Source: a virus. From it: 64,000 nt of DNA. The notes under the pieces were generated by a model. The model saw nothing but the letters and a program-made list of their open reading frames with translations. It was not told where the DNA came from and did not search any database. A program made the translations under genes and the position numbers. Each line of letters opens with the position of its first letter. The first letter of the stretch is position 1. Positions 1 to 9,409 of the stretch are shown here, one piece after another. The stretch covers positions 1 through 64,000 of IMG/VR virus record IMGVR_UViG_3300042691_041718; one strand, given 5' to 3'.

Positions 1-12
1 ATTTCACCTCCC

Positions 13-1236
13 TTAATCTTCTATTTCACCATCTTTAAAGTTTAGAGTTGGATCTATTTGAAATAAAAACGCTCTCGCATTTTGTAATCTAAAAGTTTCC
101 TTAGCTATTTGTTCAGTAACTATATCATAGACATCGTTACCTTTCGCCATAGACATCACAGCTCCAAAATTTTTAGTTTTCTTATACTTCATAGCATAAG
201 ACTTTCTCATTAGTTGATCTTTTAAATCACCAGTCCAATCTTTACCATCAGCCATAGTTTGAAACACTTTCCAATCTTCTAATATAGAATCAACTTTCAT
301 TTTAACTGCCTTAGAGACAGCCGCTATTATTTTTTCTATACGAGCGTGTGCTTCTTTTTCATCTTCTGGGATTTGACCTAAGACATCATCTATTTTATCA
401 TCTAATATGTATTTAACTAGTATGTTTTCACGATACAAGTCTTCTGTTAAAAGACCATGTCTTTCACAATACCAAACAGTTTTTATTTTAACAAATAAAC
501 CATCTAAGTCAACTACCCAACCTTCAACACCTTCAACAGTTTTAGCCAATTCAACCAATTCATCTAATGATAGATCAAAAGACTCAGCAGTTTTTAAATT
601 ACCTATAACATCTGAATAATCGTGGAGGTTTAAGTATTCACCAGTAGAGTTTCTTCTTAATCTTAATAAGATTAATTCTTCTTTATCATATTTTAAAACT
701 ATACGGTTGTGTGGAGCCACATACTCAAATACAGCAACTAAATCGTTATCTAATGACCAATCAACAAATCTTTTTATATCTGCGTTAGAGTTGTATATTT
801 TGTTCATACCATAAGCTTGGTCTGATTCAAAAGACATTTTAGATTTAGCAACAACATTTCCGTTTGGTAATTTTATGAAAGAACCAATAGAACCATCTTC
901 TTTATTGAAAACAGATTTAACAACTCGATCTTTTACTAAAGAGTATTGAGTTTCTTCAACTTGGTTTAAGTTGAAAAATTTATGTAACAATCTATATGAT
1001 TTATACACAGAACCATCTTCATTAAAGACGTAAACTAAACCTCTTAATTCAAAAGCATCGTTGTATTTAAAGTCATTGTAAGTTGCTAAACGATAGTTGA
1101 ATATAGATACATTATACCCATCAACTACAAGTTTAGCCTCGTAGAAAGCAGCGTCTAAATATTGATCTATCTCAGGTACATATCTTTTACCTTGAGTTAG
1201 TTTGACAGCTTCGTTATATGTTGGTATATTGTACAT
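13..1236 (-). CDS. rnlA: T4 Rnl1-like RNA ligase
   Basis: Nucleotidyltransferase motif I KEDGS, EYVAPHNRIV, EGWV, VKIKT; FFNLNQ/E segment typical of Rnl1. Confidence 0.85.
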   Translation of the reverse strand: MYNIPTYNEAVKLTQGKRYVPEIDQYLDAAFYEAKLVVDGYNVSIFNYRLATYNDFKYNDAFELRGLVYVFNEDGSVYKSYRLLHKFFNLNQVEETQYSLVKDRVVKSVFNKEDGSIGSFIKLPNGNVVAKSKMSFESDQAYGMNKIYNSNADIKRFVDWSLDNDLVAVFEYVAPHNRIVLKYDKEELILLRLRRNSTGEYLNLHDYSDVIGNLKTAESFDLSLDELVELAKTVEGVEGWVVDLDGLFVKIKTVWYCERHGLLTEDLYRENILVKYILDDKIDDVLGQIPEDEKEAHARIEKIIAAVSKAVKMKVDSILEDWKVFQTMADGKDWTGDLKDQLMRKSYAMKYKKTKNFGAVMSMAKGNDVYDIVTEQIAKETFRLQNARAFLFQIDPTLNFKDGEIED

Positions 1237-1389
1237 CTTATTAAAATTTTAAGTTAAGTTAAATCATCTATATCTTTCCAATAATAGTAAATGGGAAAGA
1301 ATACCCAAATCCAATCTATTTTTTGTATGATTTTTTTAACACGTTCAAATTTCATTTTACAAAAATACGGAAAAATTAATAAAATAATA

Positions 1390-1806
1390 TTATTTTTTAT
1401 CACTTTTATATCTTTCGATAACTCTACCTCTTAGTTCGGTTGTTGAGAATGAATGTTTTCTAGAGTTGTAATACATTTCTATGTGTGATAGATCTTTACC
1501 TGTGAAGTCTTTATCTTTATATTCTTCTCCAACTATTCTAACATTAATCGGATAAGAATAAAGAATATCTAGTAAGTCTTTTTCAGTTGCGTAAACAACA
1601 ACTTCATCTACATATTTACAAGCCTCTAATTGAATAAATCTTTCAACAACACTTTGTATTGGTTTATTCTTTTCTGGTCTATCTATTGTAGGATCTGTTT
1701 GTAATCCAACAATTAAATAATCGCAAATTGATTTAGCTTCTTTCAACATCATAATATGACCAGCATGAAAAAGGTCAAAGCAAGAACATGTAAATCCTAC
1801 TCTCAT
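1390..1806 (-). CDS. tagD: Glycerol-3-phosphate cytidylyltransferase-like protein
   Basis: FDLFHAGH (HxGH) motif, C-terminal RKHSFSTT, 138 aa. Confidence 0.85.
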   Translation of the reverse strand: MRVGFTCSCFDLFHAGHIMMLKEAKSICDYLIVGLQTDPTIDRPEKNKPIQSVVERFIQLEACKYVDEVVVYATEKDLLDILYSYPINVRIVGEEYKDKDFTGKDLSHIEMYYNSRKHSFSTTELRGRVIERYKSDKK

Positions 1807-2000
1807 TGAAGTTCTATTGATTTTGGTAGATCTGATTGATCTATTTTATAACTACTCACTCTCTGTTTTGTATGTTTAACAACTCTAAATTCAAATGTTG
1901 TTTGTTTACCATCTTTAATTCTTACATGGTAATATTCATCTATTGAACCGTGAGAGTGTACGGTTCCTAATAATTTCATATCTTCAATATAATTTTCCAT
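1803..2000 (-). CDS. Hypothetical protein
   Basis: 65-aa ORF overlapping tagD start by 4 nt, operon-like. Confidence 0.6.
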   Translation of the reverse strand: MENYIEDMKLLGTVHSHGSIDEYYHVRIKDGKQTTFEFRVVKHTKQRVSSYKIDQSDLPKSIELQ

Positions 2001-2030
2001 ATTGATTATATACTGAGTAGAATATAATGT

Positions 2031-2213
2031 TTAGAAATTTATCTTAGCTGCTTCGTATTGTTTATCAGAAAGAATTTTAACATTCTTACCATTATGTTCT
2101 ACTTTTTGAACATAATTACCTTTCAGAGCTTTCTGTAAAGAAATGATAAATTGATTATCACCTTTATAAGATCTAATTTCTTTGTTAAGTTTAATTTTTT
2201 CTTCTATTGTCAT
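2031..2213 (-). CDS. Hypothetical protein
   Basis: 60-aa ORF abutting the RNA ligase stop. Confidence 0.6.
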   Translation of the reverse strand: MTIEEKIKLNKEIRSYKGDNQFIISLQKALKGNYVQKVEHNGKNVKILSDKQYEAAKINF

Positions 2214-2214
2214 A

Positions 2215-2859
2215 TTAATAATTTATATTTGATTTTTTCCAATTCTTGGTCCAATGTTCATCTGTCTGAACATGACCTTTTCTAACCCATTTCATTACAT
2301 TATCCGAGAAATTATCATTATGAAACACACCAGCATTTCTTACGACAATACCTTCTCTTGATCCACCTAATTCAGATTGTTCTGTTACAAAACCCATAAC
2401 TAAGTCTTTTAATTCTTTTTCGGTATTTACAATACCTTTAAATAAAACTGGTACAAGTGGTAAATCCAATAAGTAAGAATATTCTTCAACCACACTCCAA
2501 GGTGTCCAGATGTTATTATCTCTAACACCAAATAAATAAAAGTATGATTTTAAATTTGTATATTCTATTGAATGAATGCCTTCCATATTCTCACCGAATA
2601 AAAAAACATCATCTTCTAAATTACCTTTTACTTTTATTTCGTGTAGTTGTCTAACTTCATTATCCCATGGATTTTTAGAAAAATCTATATGTGATCTAGC
2701 AAAGACACCCTCATTTATCATCGATGAGTTAGATCCATCTAACTTTTCGGTTATGATAATATCAATACCCAAAATAGATTTAACACTCTCAGATATTCTA
2801 TCATCATTGGTAGTACCGGGTGAGAAAGGTAAATGATATGTTCTTGGGTATTTACTCAT
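2215..2859 (-). CDS. RNA ligase family protein (short Rnl2-like adenylation domain)
   Basis: KYPRTYHLP, TEKLDGSN motif I, FGEN, REGIVVR, KWVR motifs. Confidence 0.85.
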   Translation of the reverse strand: MSKYPRTYHLPFSPGTTNDDRISESVKSILGIDIIITEKLDGSNSSMINEGVFARSHIDFSKNPWDNEVRQLHEIKVKGNLEDDVFLFGENMEGIHSIEYTNLKSYFYLFGVRDNNIWTPWSVVEEYSYLLDLPLVPVLFKGIVNTEKELKDLVMGFVTEQSELGGSREGIVVRNAGVFHNDNFSDNVMKWVRKGHVQTDEHWTKNWKKSNINY

Positions 2860-2890
2860 GATAAGATATTCAAAAATATTGTTTATGTTA

Positions 2891-2898
2891 CAAATATA
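2891..2898 (-). promoter_or_regulatory. Bacteroidota-type -7 promoter element TAnnTTTG (representative)
   Basis: Also at 1360, 3947, 7573, 13738, 19464, 44468, 45353, 47002, 49852, 53863 (minus) and 58961, 63897 (plus), each just upstream of a gene start. Confidence 0.75.
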
Positions 2899-2932
2899 AC
2901 TGAAAAAATGGTAAAAAACAACTTTTTCACTT

Positions 2933-2941
2933 TAATATATA
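2933..2941 (+). promoter_or_regulatory. Putative phage late promoter TAATATATA (representative)
   Basis: Also at 7593, 9376, 12101, 13758, 16491, 17617, 19961, 23900, 42466, 49931, 53883, 56699, 59992 (plus) and 16103, 42438, 53542, 63877 (minus), 4-26 nt before ATG. Confidence 0.7.
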
Positions 2942-2945
2942 ATGT

Positions 2946-3899
2946 ATGATTAGAAAGTGTCCCTTTTGTGATGTTGTGGTTTTTAATAACCCACACATAT
3001 ATCATTGTAAATTAAAAACTACAAATGATAAAAGAGAAATAAAATTTATGTTTATTCAAAAAAATTTTCCACATATTTCAAAAAGAGAGGTTATTACATT
3101 AAATTATGTTGAGAATTTAAAAAGTCTAGTTGATATTAAAAATGATTTTAATATCGATTTTAAATCTTTTATATTTCTTTTGGAGTATTATTCAATACCT
3201 AAGAGGAGTATTTCAGAAAGTTCAAAATTAATATCATCTATTAAGTATAAAAAAACTTGTATGGAGAAGTATGGAGTTGATAATGTGTCAAAGGTATTGG
3301 ATATTAAAAATAAAAAATCAGACACATTTATGAAAAATTATGGTGTTGATAACATATTCAAAAATAATGAATTTAAAAAATGGATAATAGATAATAATTT
3401 TGCTTGGAACAATTTAACTGATGATGAAAATGAAATAAGAAAGTGTAAACAAAAAGAATCAATTAAAAAATATTGGAACAATTTAAATGATGAACAAAAA
3501 AATAAAATATTTAATTATAATGGCAAATCTAATTTAGAAACCAAAATATCAGAAGTTCTTAACAATCTATCAATATCATATACAACTCAATTCCCACTAA
3601 AGGGTAAATTATTTGATTTTAGGTTAGTGAATACTAACATTTTAATTGAAGTAAATGGTGATTATTGGCATTGTAATCCAGAGATCTATAATATAGATGA
3701 AAGTATTAAATTCCCAGGTGGTTATAAGAAAGTATCTGATATATGGGATAAAGATAGAGATAAAAGGATAAAAGCGGAAGAAATAGGTTATTTTGTGATA
3801 TACATATGGGAAAGTGAAATAAAAAAAACTAAAGATTTAACTTCTTTAGTTTTAAATAAATTATCATCATTTGTTGATCCTGGTGACCAAGGTAGATGA
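2946..3899 (+). mobile_element. Free-standing homing endonuclease, PD-(D/E)XK / DUF559-Vsr-like C-terminus
   Basis: KYGVDN repeats, FDFRL..ILIEVNGDYWH, D.....K...GY.VIYIWE; opposite strand to neighbours. Confidence 0.8.
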
Positions 3900-3928
3900 T
3901 ATGTCCGATTGTATTTTGTCTGTTCCAT
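3863..3928 (-). pseudogene. Orphaned 5' end of the RNA ligase gene (MEQTKYNRTYHLPWSPGSTNDD)
   Basis: Hand translation matches the N-terminus of 2215..2859 (MSKYPRTYHLPFSPGTTNDD); homology stops at the endonuclease boundary. Confidence 0.85.
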
Positions 3929-3954
3929 TACTTTTTAAATTTTCCACAAATATA

Positions 3955-4131
3955 CTACTTTTCTAATTTTAATTGTGTATTTTCTAAAAAATTTTCTAAC
4001 TTATCAACATTATATGTTATAAATGATTTTGTATCAGGAAAGTAAACTCTAACCATTAAAAACCCCAATTCACTAGCGTATATTTTCTCTAGAGTTCCTA
4101 CTCCGTTTGGTGTTTTGATTTTATGCTTCAT
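3955..4131 (-). CDS. Hypothetical protein (58 aa, MKHKIKTPNGVG...)
   Basis: Hand-translated open frame ATG..TAG. Confidence 0.6.
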   Translation of the reverse strand: MKHKIKTPNGVGTLEKIYASELGFLMVRVYFPDTKSFITYNVDKLENFLENTQLKLEK

Positions 4132-4213
4132 TCTTTAATTTTTTTGTGTTATATATTACATTATAAACTTTATATATGTATGTTTCTATAATAAAGAAAA
4201 ATATTATAATATT

Positions 4214-4702
4214 ATGACTATAAATATATATCCAGAAGATATAGTTAAAAGATGTTTATGGGACACTTACGTTTATTACATTTTAGGTGGTTCCGATAAA
4301 GAAGCTGAGAGAATTTTAAGGGAAAATACTGAAGTTTCTATCTCTGAACAAGATGCTCTTGTTATTGGACTTTTAAAAGTTATTGAAACTGATAACTTAA
4401 TTTTCAAATTTAATAATTACATCATTGAAATCTTAACAAACAAATCTTCTAAAGTGAATGAATATTTACTTATTAGAAAGAAAACATTCGATACAGCTGT
4501 TGATAAATTTTTAGATAAGTTTCCGGATTATTGGGTACCATCAGCATCTTATGCTAAATCTCTTAGAGAATTAGTTGAATATGTTGATAACTTTAAATTA
4601 GAAGTTGAAAAATTAGAAATACACAAAGTAGTTGATAAGAATGTTACTTATGAGTTTTACAACTCCGCAACAATAAAGAAAATGTTAAAATTTAATTATT
4701 AA
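4214..4702 (+). CDS. Hypothetical protein
   Basis: 162-aa ORF heading the grpE-dnaJ run. Confidence 0.7.
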   Translation: MTINIYPEDIVKRCLWDTYVYYILGGSDKEAERILRENTEVSISEQDALVIGLLKVIETDNLIFKFNNYIIEILTNKSSKVNEYLLIRKKTFDTAVDKFLDKFPDYWVPSASYAKSLRELVEYVDNFKLEVEKLEIHKVVDKNVTYEFYNSATIKKMLKFNY

Positions 4703-4706
4703 TAAA

Positions 4707-5234
4707 ATGGAAGATAAAAAGATTGAAGTAGAGAGTATGAAAATTGATGATCAAAAAGTTGGTCTTGACTTAACTGGTAAGAATGAAGAAATTGTATTAG
4801 AAGATAATCCAAGACTACACGTTTCTCATTTAGAAGAACAATTAAAAGAATCAAATAATAATTATTTAAGATTAGCTGCTGAATTTGATAACTATAAAAA
4901 AAGAGTTATCAAAGAAAAAGAAGAATTAAGAAATAATACAAAAGTTTCTATGATTACTTCTATTTTGGATATGGACTCTGATATTTCTTTAGCAATCAAA
5001 AATATTAAAGATGATTCAGCTCGAGAAGGTGTTGAGTTAATCGCTTCTAAAATTGAAAAGTTTTTAAAAGGTCAAGGAATTGAAACTATTCAAACTGAAG
5101 AGTATGATACTGATTTACACGAAGTTATATCAATTTTACCAATTGGTGAAAAGAAAATTGTTGATGTTGTTAGTAAGGGATATACATTAGATGGTAAACC
5201 ATTTAGATATCCTAAAATCATATTAGGTGAATAA
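4707..5234 (+). CDS. grpE: Nucleotide exchange factor GrpE
   Basis: YLRLAAEFDNYKKR, YDTDLHEVI, VVSKGYTL motifs. Confidence 0.92.
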   Translation: MEDKKIEVESMKIDDQKVGLDLTGKNEEIVLEDNPRLHVSHLEEQLKESNNNYLRLAAEFDNYKKRVIKEKEELRNNTKVSMITSILDMDSDISLAIKNIKDDSAREGVELIASKIEKFLKGQGIETIQTEEYDTDLHEVISILPIGEKKIVDVVSKGYTLDGKPFRYPKIILGE

Positions 5235-5770
5235 TGAACTTACCAGTAAACAAAAAAAGCTTTATAGAATTATTACAACAAGACTTATATAAACAAAGTC
5301 TTGTTGATTCTATGCTTACTGGTGTTGATGATGAATTAAAATCAAATCTTAAATCTGATTTAGAATATGTTTTAGATAATAGAATTGAGGTTTTTAGTTT
5401 ATTATCTGGTAAAATTGGTGATGATGAGGATGAACTAGAAGTACTTATCATACCAGCCATTAGAAAAACTTGGTCTATGGTTTTTATAAACAAACCAACT
5501 TTATTTAATTTCTCGGAATATGGTGATAAAAAGCTAGAATTATTTCAACTATATTGGGATGTTGATGATTTTATCAACTATTTAGTTGACTTTCTACCAA
5601 AAATTAAAAATTGTTTAATAGAGTTTAAGTATTTAGATATGGGTATAGAAACTTTAAACTTAGTTTGTCAAAACTATATAAACAAAATGATTTCTAATTG
5701 TAGAAATAAAACATATGATGAAATTAAATTAGAGATAAGAGATTTGAAACTTAAAAAGACATTAAAATGA
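5234..5770 (+). CDS. Hypothetical protein with C-terminal RDxKL tag
   Basis: 178 aa, ends IRDLKLKKTLK. Confidence 0.7.
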   Translation: MNLPVNKKSFIELLQQDLYKQSLVDSMLTGVDDELKSNLKSDLEYVLDNRIEVFSLLSGKIGDDEDELEVLIIPAIRKTWSMVFINKPTLFNFSEYGDKKLELFQLYWDVDDFINYLVDFLPKIKNCLIEFKYLDMGIETLNLVCQNYINKMISNCRNKTYDEIKLEIRDLKLKKTLK

Positions 5771-6093
5771 ATTGGTATATCGAAAGTACTAGAACAGATA
5801 AAAACTATTTAAGAGTAGTTAATGAGACTGTTGGTGAAGTAATGGACTACTTTTGTGATGAGGTTAATAAAATAGATGAGGAAGAGTTTGATGAAGATAA
5901 AATCATTGAACTATGTAGAGATATTATGAATAAACTACCAATTTTAAGATTTCATACAAAAAAAGATTATAATTGGACTACTTATGAAAATGATTCATTT
6001 TGGTTTGATTATAATTCAAATACAAAAATAAGATTTAATGAACCTCTTAAATCTATTAAAAGAGACATATTACTAAATAATATATTAAAATAA
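5767..6093 (+). CDS. Hypothetical protein with C-terminal RDxxL tag
   Basis: 108 aa, ends KRDILLNNILK. Confidence 0.7.
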   Translation: MNWYIESTRTDKNYLRVVNETVGEVMDYFCDEVNKIDEEEFDEDKIIELCRDIMNKLPILRFHTKKDYNWTTYENDSFWFDYNSNTKIRFNEPLKSIKRDILLNNILK

Positions 6094-6105
6094 AAAATCT
6101 AAAAA

Positions 6106-7176
6106 ATGAATAAAGACTATTATACTATTTTAGGAGTTAATAAAGGAGCAACTGATGATGAAATTAAAAAAGCTTATCGTAAGATGGCTATGCAGTTTCA
6201 TCCAGATAAAAATCCTAATAATCCAGAAGCAGAGGCTAAATTTAAAGAGGCGGCTGAAGCTTATGAAACTCTTAGCGATCCTTCTAAACGCCAGAGTTAT
6301 GATAGATTTGGTTCAACTGGTGGTAATCCATTTGGAGGAGGTAATCCATTTGGTGGTGGTCACGGATTTTCAATGGATGATATATTTTCACAGTTTGGTG
6401 ATATCTTTGGTGGTAATCCTTTTGGTGGAAGACAACAACAAAGACAAAGAACTAAAAAAGGTGGTGATTTAAGAATTAAAGTTGTTGTTAATATTGATGA
6501 GATACTTAAAGGAACAACTAAAAAATTAAAATACAGAAGACAAGTAAAATGTAATCCTTGTGATGGAAAAGGAGGTTCTGATGTAAGAGAATGTTTAGTT
6601 TGTAATGGAACAGGACAAAGAGTTGTTGTTCAAAATACACCATTTGGACAAGTAAGAACTCAAACACATTGTCCAGATTGTGGAGGTTCTGGTGAACAAA
6701 TTCACAATAAGTGTAATCATTGCCATGGAGATGGTACTACTTTACAAGAACAAGTAGTTGATATTCAAGTACCAGCAGGTGTTTCAAATGGAATGCAGTT
6801 GAAAATGAATGGTAATGGAAATGATGTTAGAAATGGAATACCAGGTGATCTTTTTATTATTATAGAAGAAGCTCAAGACTTCTCATTCAAAAGAGAAGGT
6901 AATAATATAGTTGTAGAAAAAACAATATCTGTTATAGATGCTCTTTGTGGTAATAATATAACTGTATCAACACCACATGGTGATATACCGGTTTTAGTTG
7001 AAGCTGGAACAGAACACGGGAAAACAATTAGAATTTCAGGTAAAGGTATTCCAGACTTAAATTATGGTTTAGGAGATCTTTATATAAAATTTAATTTGAA
7101 AATACCAAAAGATATTCCACTTGATGAAAGAATGATTTTAGAGAAGTTTAAAAACTCAAATACATTTAAAGTATGA
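6106..7176 (+). CDS. dnaJ: Chaperone DnaJ (type I)
   Basis: J-domain with HPD, G/F-rich linker, four CxxCxGxG repeats. Confidence 0.97.
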   Translation: MNKDYYTILGVNKGATDDEIKKAYRKMAMQFHPDKNPNNPEAEAKFKEAAEAYETLSDPSKRQSYDRFGSTGGNPFGGGNPFGGGHGFSMDDIFSQFGDIFGGNPFGGRQQQRQRTKKGGDLRIKVVVNIDEILKGTTKKLKYRRQVKCNPCDGKGGSDVRECLVCNGTGQRVVVQNTPFGQVRTQTHCPDCGGSGEQIHNKCNHCHGDGTTLQEQVVDIQVPAGVSNGMQLKMNGNGNDVRNGIPGDLFIIIEEAQDFSFKREGNNIVVEKTISVIDALCGNNITVSTPHGDIPVLVEAGTEHGKTIRISGKGIPDLNYGLGDLYIKFNLKIPKDIPLDERMILEKFKNSNTFKV

Positions 7177-7346
7177 AAGTAGAAATAGTTGATGGTAAAT
7201 ATATTTTACACGGAGTTTTACAAAAATTTGATCGAATGAATAGGAATAATGGTAGAATATACCCAGATAATTTGTTCATTGAAGAATTGAGACGATGGAT
7301 AATTTCAAATAGACAATCTAAAATTAGAAAAATATATTCAAAATAA
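7173..7346 (+). CDS. 57-aa mini-protein resembling the N-terminus of T4 gp21-type prohead protease, plus C-terminal tag
   Basis: [57 protein letters not shown]; ATGA overlap with dnaJ; followed by terminator. Confidence 0.65.
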   Translation: MKVEIVDGKYILHGVLQKFDRMNRNNGRIYPDNLFIEELRRWIISNRQSKIRKIYSK

Positions 7347-7374
7347 AAGAGAGAATTAAATTCTCTCTTTTTTT
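7346..7374. terminator. Bidirectional intrinsic terminator
   Basis: AAAAGAGAGAAT-TAA-ATTCTCTCTTTT between convergent genes. Confidence 0.8.
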
Positions 7375-7375
7375 A

Positions 7376-7552
7376 TTATACAAAGCTAACTTTGTGTTTA
7401 TCTTTTCTTGTATAGTTCTTAGCTGATTTATGAACTTTATGTTTAGCAACCCAACCAGTAGAGTTCTCTAATTCCATCTCTCTAGACGCTTTCTTATAAA
7501 CTGTTAAGATTTGCTCTTGTGTAATTTTTCCGATTTTAATTTTCCCTTTCAT
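7376..7552 (-). CDS. Small basic protein (58 aa)
   Basis: MKGKIKIGKITQEQILTVYKKASREMELENSTGWVAKHKVHKSAKNYTRKDKHKVSFV; TATATTTG promoter at 7580..7573. Confidence 0.7.
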   Translation of the reverse strand: MKGKIKIGKITQEQILTVYKKASREMELENSTGWVAKHKVHKSAKNYTRKDKHKVSFV

Positions 7553-7622
7553 AACTCTCCGATTTTGTCTTACAAATATAGTAAAATTATTTTAATATAT
7601 ACACTAAAATAAAATAATTTTT

Positions 7623-8423
7623 ATGGCTGATTTAAACGGTTATGGTGATGAATATGTTCCTTACCAAGGTGGCTACACAATTGAAGAAATGGTTGATTTG
7701 GTTCAAACCGAGTTAACAATTGCGTGTGCTTTACCTAAAACTTTACCAGATGCTAGTGTTAGACAAATAATAGAAAATAGAGCTCTTCCTTATTTTTACA
7801 GATGGTACCAATACGCTGTACAGAAAATGTACTTCTTAATAAGAAAAGAAGCTTTCTTCACCGAAGAATTTACGAGTTATAGATATGTTGAAGTTCCATG
7901 TGAAATTCAGTCAGTTGCTTATCTTTATGAAGTACGAGGAGATAGTTTATTTCAATTAGGTATTAATACACCAAATTTATCAGTTAACTTAGGTGTTACA
8001 AATCAACCATATCTATCATCTTATGTAACAACTATTGGTGAATTAGGTTTATATAAAACTGTATTAGATAACATGAGTGATATGTTAAATCAGTTAAATA
8101 AATATACACTTAAACACCACTTCAATCACTTAAATCACAGAATACACATATTAACTGATGTTAAATATGATGTTGTTATGGAGGCTTATGCTAACATACC
8201 AAGAGAAAATTTATTTAAAGATGATCTTTTTTATAAGTATTGTGTTGGTTGGTCTAAAGTTATGTTGGGTAATATGGTTGGTCGTTATGATTTTCAACTT
8301 CCCGGTTCGATAAAAATAAATAGCGCAGATTTAATATCTCAAGGTAAAGAAGAAGTTAAAGAAGTGGAGGATGAAATCAAGGGTCAATCAAATTCCAGTT
8401 TCTTTTTTATGGTGAAGAAATAA
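7623..8423 (+). CDS. Neck protein, T4 gp13-like
   Basis: C-terminal LG..G.Y.FQLPGSIKIN..DLISQGKEE..EVEDEI pattern; late-type promoter upstream. Confidence 0.7.
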   Translation: MADLNGYGDEYVPYQGGYTIEEMVDLVQTELTIACALPKTLPDASVRQIIENRALPYFYRWYQYAVQKMYFLIRKEAFFTEEFTSYRYVEVPCEIQSVAYLYEVRGDSLFQLGINTPNLSVNLGVTNQPYLSSYVTTIGELGLYKTVLDNMSDMLNQLNKYTLKHHFNHLNHRIHILTDVKYDVVMEAYANIPRENLFKDDLFYKYCVGWSKVMLGNMVGRYDFQLPGSIKINSADLISQGKEEVKEVEDEIKGQSNSSFFFMVKK

Positions 8424-8476
8424 CCAAAACGACACAATTTTAACGGGGGGAGGTTAAAATAAATTATATATAGTAT

Positions 8477-9378
8477 ATGGAAGAAATAAAATATACTATA
8501 TACAAGCTCATAGACCCAATATCTAATGAAATTAGATATATTGGATTAACATTTAATGATTTAAAACAAAGACTTAAATCTCATTATTCGGAAAACTCAA
8601 AATCTCATAAATCAAATTGGGTTAAAAGTTTAAAATTAAATGGTTTAAAACCTATAATTGAGTCAATTGAGGAGAATATATTATCATATAATGAGGTATG
8701 CGAAAGAGAAATATATTGGATTGATAAATTTAAAAGTGAGGGACATCCTCTGACAAATACGGACTCAGGTGGAAATAAGAATAAAAAAATGTCCGATGAA
8801 ACAAAGAAAAAAATGTCTGAATCACAGATTGAAAGGTATAAAAACTATAAACTTATTCTATCAGAGGAAACTAAGAAAGAATTGAGTATTAAAGCTAAAG
8901 AACGTTTTAGTAAAGAAGAAGAACGTGATAAATTAAGAATATCTAATAAAAGATATGAGGATTCTAAAACAGAAGAACAAAAGTTAAATGATATCTTAAT
9001 ACAAGACTGTAAATCGGTTTATCAGTATGATATTGATATGAATTTAATAAATATTTACCCCTCAATAAATAACGCTTCTAAAATAAATAACCTATCACAT
9101 GGCAATATATCAAAATGTTGTAAGAATAAAGTTAAAATGGTTGGTGGATATGTGTGGAGATTTGAAGGTGATCTAACACCGGTTAGTTTTAATAAAGGAG
9201 GTGATAAATTCAAACCGATATATCAATATGATTTAAATGGAAATTTCATAAAAGAGTATGAGAATATAAAGCAGCCTCTGTTGATTTGGGTATATTGACA
9301 CAGGGTATAAGAAGTGTTTGTACTGGTAAATCAAAATCTAGTGGTGGTTATATATGGAAATATAAATCTGATATTTAA
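8477..9378 (+). mobile_element. GIY-YIG homing endonuclease with NUMOD3/NUMOD1 domains; -1 frameshift near 9268
   Basis: TIYKL..IRYIG, EREIYWI, S.ETKKKMS; second NUMOD1 completes only in the shifted frame (AASVDLGILTQGIRSVCTGKSKSSGGYIWKY). Confidence 0.85.
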
Positions 9379-9409
9379 TATATAAAGTAATAAAAAAATA
9401 ATATGAAGT

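Noticed and set aside
1254-1355. 33-aa ORF MKFERVKKIIQKIDWIWVFFPIYYYWKDIDDLT
   Set aside because: It has a TAnnTTTG promoter upstream, but is too short and motif-free to call
1390-1806. Assigning TagD to the glycan operon
   Set aside because: It lies 25 kb away and no phosphotransferase partner was recognised; the link is unsupported
2799-3862. Group I intron in the RNA ligase gene
   Set aside because: No P7 R/S consensus seen; the endonuclease is antisense and the downstream copy has its own start and promoter
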